Assembly: GCA_002633005.1 (NCBI GenBank)
Contig: NMRA01000130.1
Coordinates: forward strand, 413,243-477,242
Reading direction: 5' to 3'
DNA length: 64,000 nucleotides
Source of the DNA: Phoronis australis
Lineage: Eukaryota; Animalia; Phoronida
This document shows, piece by piece, positions 59,354 through 64,000 of this stretch. Every line of letters starts with the position of its first letter. Positions within the stretch are counted from its first letter, which is position 1. Both the position numbers and the translations under genes were made by a program. The notes below the pieces were generated by a model. The model was not told the DNA's origin, searched no databases, and worked only from the letters and a program-made list of their open reading frames with translations.

Positions 59354-59907
59354 GTAAGTTATCATGCAGATTAATTCTTTTAGTGCTCAGCAATGCATCA
59401 ATGAACGCACTGATCTTTTTTTGACAACTATTGGTGATCTTATTCACCAAGCAATAATTGATTTAACCATTCACATATTTTTCCAATTCTTTGACACAAG
59501 TTACACAGTAAAGAAGAAAATGGATGATCATGAGGCCAATAATTATGAATTTAAATTTCGCCAGATTGCCCAAATGAATATTCAATTCCAAGTTCACGCG
59601 TACGCGATCTTGAGATTAAGCAGCACCAAACTCATTCTCAGAATGTCTTACCCATCTTAACTCATTTAAACTGGCTGGGGACGGACAGAAGTGGGCAACG
59701 CGTGCATTTAATGCAACACCATCCACCAAAGAGTTTTATTCAGAGTATACAATGCTTAAGTGGTTATTACTCGGTCTTTTCTCCAGATTTTAAGATTGTG
59801 CTGACAATTACCTTCGTGTGACAGCAATGAAACTCTTTGACTTGCTGTTTCAAAAATTTAGTGAAGCTAAGTGCTTCACTGCTTATATGAGTTCATTGTC
59901 ACACCAA

Positions 59908-60189
59908 GGTAGCAGGTTGGCATCTTTAGGGTAGCAGATTGGCATGTTTCGGGTAGCAGGTTGGCGTCTTTCGGGTAGCAGGTTGGCATCTTTCAGGTTG
60001 CAGGTTGGCATCTTTCAGGTAGCAGGTTGGCATCTTTTGGGTAGCAGGTTGGCATCTTTCGGGTTGCAGGTTGGCTTCTTTCGGGTAGCAGGTTGGCATC
60101 TTTCGGGTAGCAGGTTGGCATCTTCCGGGTAGCAGGTTGGCATCTCTCGGGTAGCAGGTTGGCATCTTTTGGGTTGCAGGTTGGCATCT
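59908..60189. repeat. 22-bp minisatellite x ~13 (GGTAGCAGGTTGGCATCTTTCG)
   Basis: Tandem copies visible directly in a NAB intron; they account for four spurious repetitive ORFs. Confidence 0.95.
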
Positions 60190-60316
60190 GTACAGACAGT
60201 TTGTTTTAAGTGGTGTTCTGGACTGCTGATCTGGAACAATGCATCCAGAATTCAGGGGTGACAATCAGTAGCCAACTCCCAAAATACCACACCACCCACT
60301 CTGATTCTGCATTGGT

Positions 60317-60390
60317 GGTCCCAATGGCTCAGTGGACTGGAGTGTCTGAACAGCTTGCAGAAGGTCCTGAATTCGAGTCCTGGTCAGCGT
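60317..60390 (+). mobile_element. tRNA-derived SINE head / tRNA pseudogene
   Basis: A-box TGGCTCAGTGG (60325-35) and degenerate B-box GAATTCGAGTCC (60369-80) at tRNA-like spacing, but the acceptor stem does not pair. Confidence 0.55.
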
Positions 60391-62453
60391 AGAAATCTTT
60401 TAAAACTTTTGTTCTTCATTAGGTCACGTGGCGTGGCCAACGGGTGGCGTGCAGACCATACTTAAAATGTTCGTGAGTTGCATAGATAAAAAATGCTGGC
60501 GTAAAAACTCAAAATGTTTGGGGTGTGATTCAAGATTCGCTTGTCAGACTAAGCTTAGAAGTGTTTTAACAGCTCTACCTCACAAAAACTAGGTCAATCG
60601 TAAAATGGGTTTTTCGTAACTCTGCAAAAGAAGGGACCATCAATTTGGGAACTGGTTTGGATTTTTGTTGTATTGTGGTTGATGTTCTGTAAAATTGGTA
60701 ATTAGGCCTCGACTCAGTTTGAAACGTGCGCCAAAGTACTTAAAAAAAGAAAAAACCACTCTATTAAACTTCAGTCAAAGTCTCAAACATTTTTTAAAAA
60801 GCGACACAAGTGCGTGTAAGTAAGGTTTTAAATGCCTTTGGCTTGCTAAGTCAGTCACAGTTACCCCAAAATTGGGTGTCATTGACACGAACACTGACGA
60901 CTGCGTAATTGCGTCACTGATGCTTGTTTAAGATGAGAAAAAAAGAAAAACCCTCATCACTTTTTCTCATCTCAGGCGTTTGAAAAATCGATATTTCTTG
61001 TATATATTTGACCAAATACATAGACTTGTCAATAAGGTTCTACATAATCATAAAACTTGTTGTTTTCATCAAAAATACTGGTGCAATTATACTGCCATGT
61101 TACAGGAATGGTTTCATTTGTTTTCAACAGTTTTAGAACGCACTATAATTTCTTCATTTTAATAGGAATGTGTTTGTTACTACGGCAACTATTCATTTAT
61201 TTGCGTTTTTCACTGGCAGTGAACTTCAGTGTCATTCAACTTCGATGATCATTTTATTGGTGCCCCACCAGGAATTGAATTAAAGAATTCTGTAAAAATT
61301 GATGGAAAGGTCATAATAAAATTTCATCATTTGAGAATACATTTTAACTAAATTAGTTTGTATTGAGGTTTGTTCTGTGAAGCATTTCTCTGCTTCAAGA
61401 ACGTCGCTTTAAGGCTTTGATAATGTATCTGTCGGAGTGATTGCTTTGCTGGCTTGCAATCCTTACCCCTGGACTGAAACATGTCCAATTGGTGTCTGTG
61501 GGGCTGTCACTGTTATTGATTATTGAACCCCTATAGATATGAGCCTAATGACGTCTGTCATCTGATAATCAATAACGTTACCTCTGCGGAGGGATTATTT
61601 TGTCGTTAATATAGCTTTCCTACAAGCCTTTAAGATGGTGGAGATTTGTGCGATTTTTGTGACCTTTTGGCGAACTGCTTGAAACTTTTTGACTGGCAGT
61701 GGTGTGCTTGCTTTAGTTCTGAGTTAGGAGTGCCATTAAGCTATTAATTCTGTGTGGCCTGTAGAGAGTTTAGGGTAATGGTTAGCCTATTCTATATACG
61801 GTGCTTCGAAACGACTACACTTCTGTCAATATTAGAGTCCAGAAAACACTATGATCAATGAAGAGACAGATTGTTCAGATTCCGACCATTCGCACACCAA
61901 GTCACAGCTACTAAATTTCTCATTCGATATTGATTTAAAATTTGTGTATTATCTTTTTCATTAGATGCGTTTGTTGAGATATTGCGGTCTAAAATTTTCA
62001 ATATTTTTCATCTGCGTAGTGTGGCCTTAGGCTTGGATTATGAAACAACTAGCAAGGCATGGGCACCAACTAGTTTCAAGAACTTGATAACCGAAGCGCA
62101 CTCACGCTGGGAACTAGAAATCGGAAAACCTTAGCCTACTTTGGTTTGAGTAATTATAAAAGAGAAATTTGCAACAGTGTAGCATTCGTGTTTTTCAGTT
62201 TGAATAGTACTTGTAGTACGGGACGCTCATTGAATATACTGAATTTAAATGTCAATTATTGTCCATAGTTTGTATTGGCGCTGTGTCTGATCCAGTGCTC
62301 TCCGTTCGCGTATTCAAAAATGGTTCTCCACCACATTTGACATATTTTGCATCACATCTGGAAATCTCCAACCGTGTTTGAATAGCCTGAGCATTTTCAG
62401 CTTCACTAGAGAAACGATTGAAATAGTGTTGCAAAGTGGTACTCATTTTATCA

Positions 62454-62456
<3 letters not shown>

Positions 62457-62491
<35 letters not shown>

Positions 62492-62500
62492 GTTATTATT
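62457..62500. repeat. (ATT)n microsatellite
   Basis: About 14 ATT units with one interruption. Confidence 0.9.
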
Positions 62501-64000
62501 GTAAAAATAACAGCAACGTATGCAGCAAATGAAAGAAATACTATGTTGGATGCTTTCCTCAAGAATAACCCTGGGTAGAGCCGTAGAGATCAGTAATGCT
62601 AAGACCTCGCTAAAAAGCAAGACTTTGCGAGATTACGTAAGATGTTAACATGTATTTTAAATCAGAACACATGATCTTGGCTAGATTTTAGCGAGGTCCT
62701 ATTGTAGGTCCTAGCATTATTGAACTCTACCCTGGTGTTTTCCAGTAGTTGAACCCGTTTTGTCACCAATAGAATGTCATACCATGTTGATTTGCTGGTG
62801 TTTTATGGCTGGTGAAAAAGTGACTCTGTCGAGCCACCCGAGGTTATCCGCCTTATCTGACCAGTTATTATCAGTGAGGGCGAGTTTGTTGGTCATAGAC
62901 ATGAGACAAGACATTGTGTGTCTGTGGTCAGAGGCATGGCTAATGACATCATGTCATGTGGGGTTCACAACAGACACAACAAGGCCCATCCTTGTCTTTT
63001 TATATCACGAAGTGGAAATAACTGTGGACGTAACCTGAACCCAATGAAAAGTTGAAAGTCATTGGAAGAATTATGACAGTGCTAAGCAACGTAAATTTTC
63101 ACATCAATCGGAATGATCACAGGGCAGAACGGTCCCGCAGAACGTCTCCTGTATACGATTCGTTGCCTGTTGCCCTATTTGAGAGGACGTGTGGTTGGGA
63201 GAAATGAAATATGTCTAAAATTCTTCAAATAAGGGTAAAAAATAATTGAGCTTTGTCATATTTCTATTTTTTTCAGACACACTGTTGCAAATGCTGAAAA
63301 ATTTACCAAATGTTGTTTTGTAATACCGGAAACTAGTCCATACAAACCACGCCAAAATCAAAGAAATTTTCCTGAAGAGCTGTTTTTGTTGAGAAATTTA
63401 GCAAAATGAAATTTCACATGTCCGCCATGGTGTGTCCCAAACTGTAGAAATTTTGCCGTAACAGCTGCGTTTTCGAAGGCATACAAAAACGAATCCAGCA
63501 GTGCTTTCGTGCCTGAAGCCAAATCAATCACGACCTAGGGGCTTGCGCAGTTTTCGGTATGATAAGCCTGGTCGTCTCAGAGACTTTACGGCTTATTACT
63601 GAATTCGCCTTAGGATGTTAATACAGATTTGGTTTGACCATTTCAGTGTGACTCGTTATTCACATCATCACAATGTGCTTGCTTCACATGTCTTGTGACA
63701 GACAAAAAAGTAGTTCACAGCTAGCTTCAGGGATAGGATATCCTCCTAGTCGAGGTTTTGTTGGCACATGACGAATTACCAGGTTATTATCTTGACGGTT
63801 AGAGTCATTATGTCCTGTTTTCTGATTATCCCTGCCTGTGGTCTTGTGGGCATATTTTTAGCCAATGAGGTCGGTGGTTATTGGAAAAGGTAGGATATTG
63901 ATTTTATAGCCAACTGGTTGTGTGGTTCAAGAAAATGAATTGCAAAATGCAAAAATTGATTCATGGTATATGAAAATTGGATAAATTTGTGTAATTTTTT

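Noticed and set aside
59926-60264. Repetitive ORFs (RCQPATRKMPTCYPKDANLLPE...)
   Set aside because: These are translations of the 22-bp minisatellite, with no splice or compositional support.
60317-60390. Functional tRNA gene
   Set aside because: The acceptor stem does not pair and the B-box/T-arm is degenerate; kept only as a SINE head or pseudogene.
62252-62620. Poly-Asn and poly-Ile ORFs
   Set aside because: They are translations of the (ATT)n microsatellite.

Overview
This is AT-rich, intron-rich animal genomic DNA, most likely from an invertebrate bilaterian; the species cannot be determined from the sequence. I assembled five spliced protein-coding genes by hand from GT-AG boundaries and reading frames. 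(1) The last two exons of a type I diacylglycerol kinase (+, 1438-3472). (2) A complete ORC4 (-, 11 coding exons, 26136-8641, about 448 aa). (3) A two-exon secreted coiled-coil/Thr-stalk/C-type lectin gene (+, about 13780-15951), nested antisense inside the 9-kb ORC4 intron. (4) A complete ATXN7L3/SGF11 (+, 10 coding exons, 30591-40405, about 341 aa), head-to-head with ORC4. (5) The first two coding exons of a NAB/EGR co-repressor (+, 58093-59353, continuing past the window). Introns and intergenic DNA contain many non-autonomous DNA transposons (TTAA-TSD and 5-bp-TSD MITE families, one triple-nested), three minisatellites and a 129-bp foldback. The leads most worth checking are the nested atypical lectin, a tandem array of self-complementary CTCF-like motifs with dispersed copies near the nested gene, uORFs whose stop codons overlap the main start codon in both ATXN7L3 and NAB, and two decayed hammerhead-ribozyme-like motifs. 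There is no CRISPR array, rRNA or intact tRNA, and nearly all ORFs in the supplied track are spurious. I found no clear new biological system; the regulatory findings are hypotheses.
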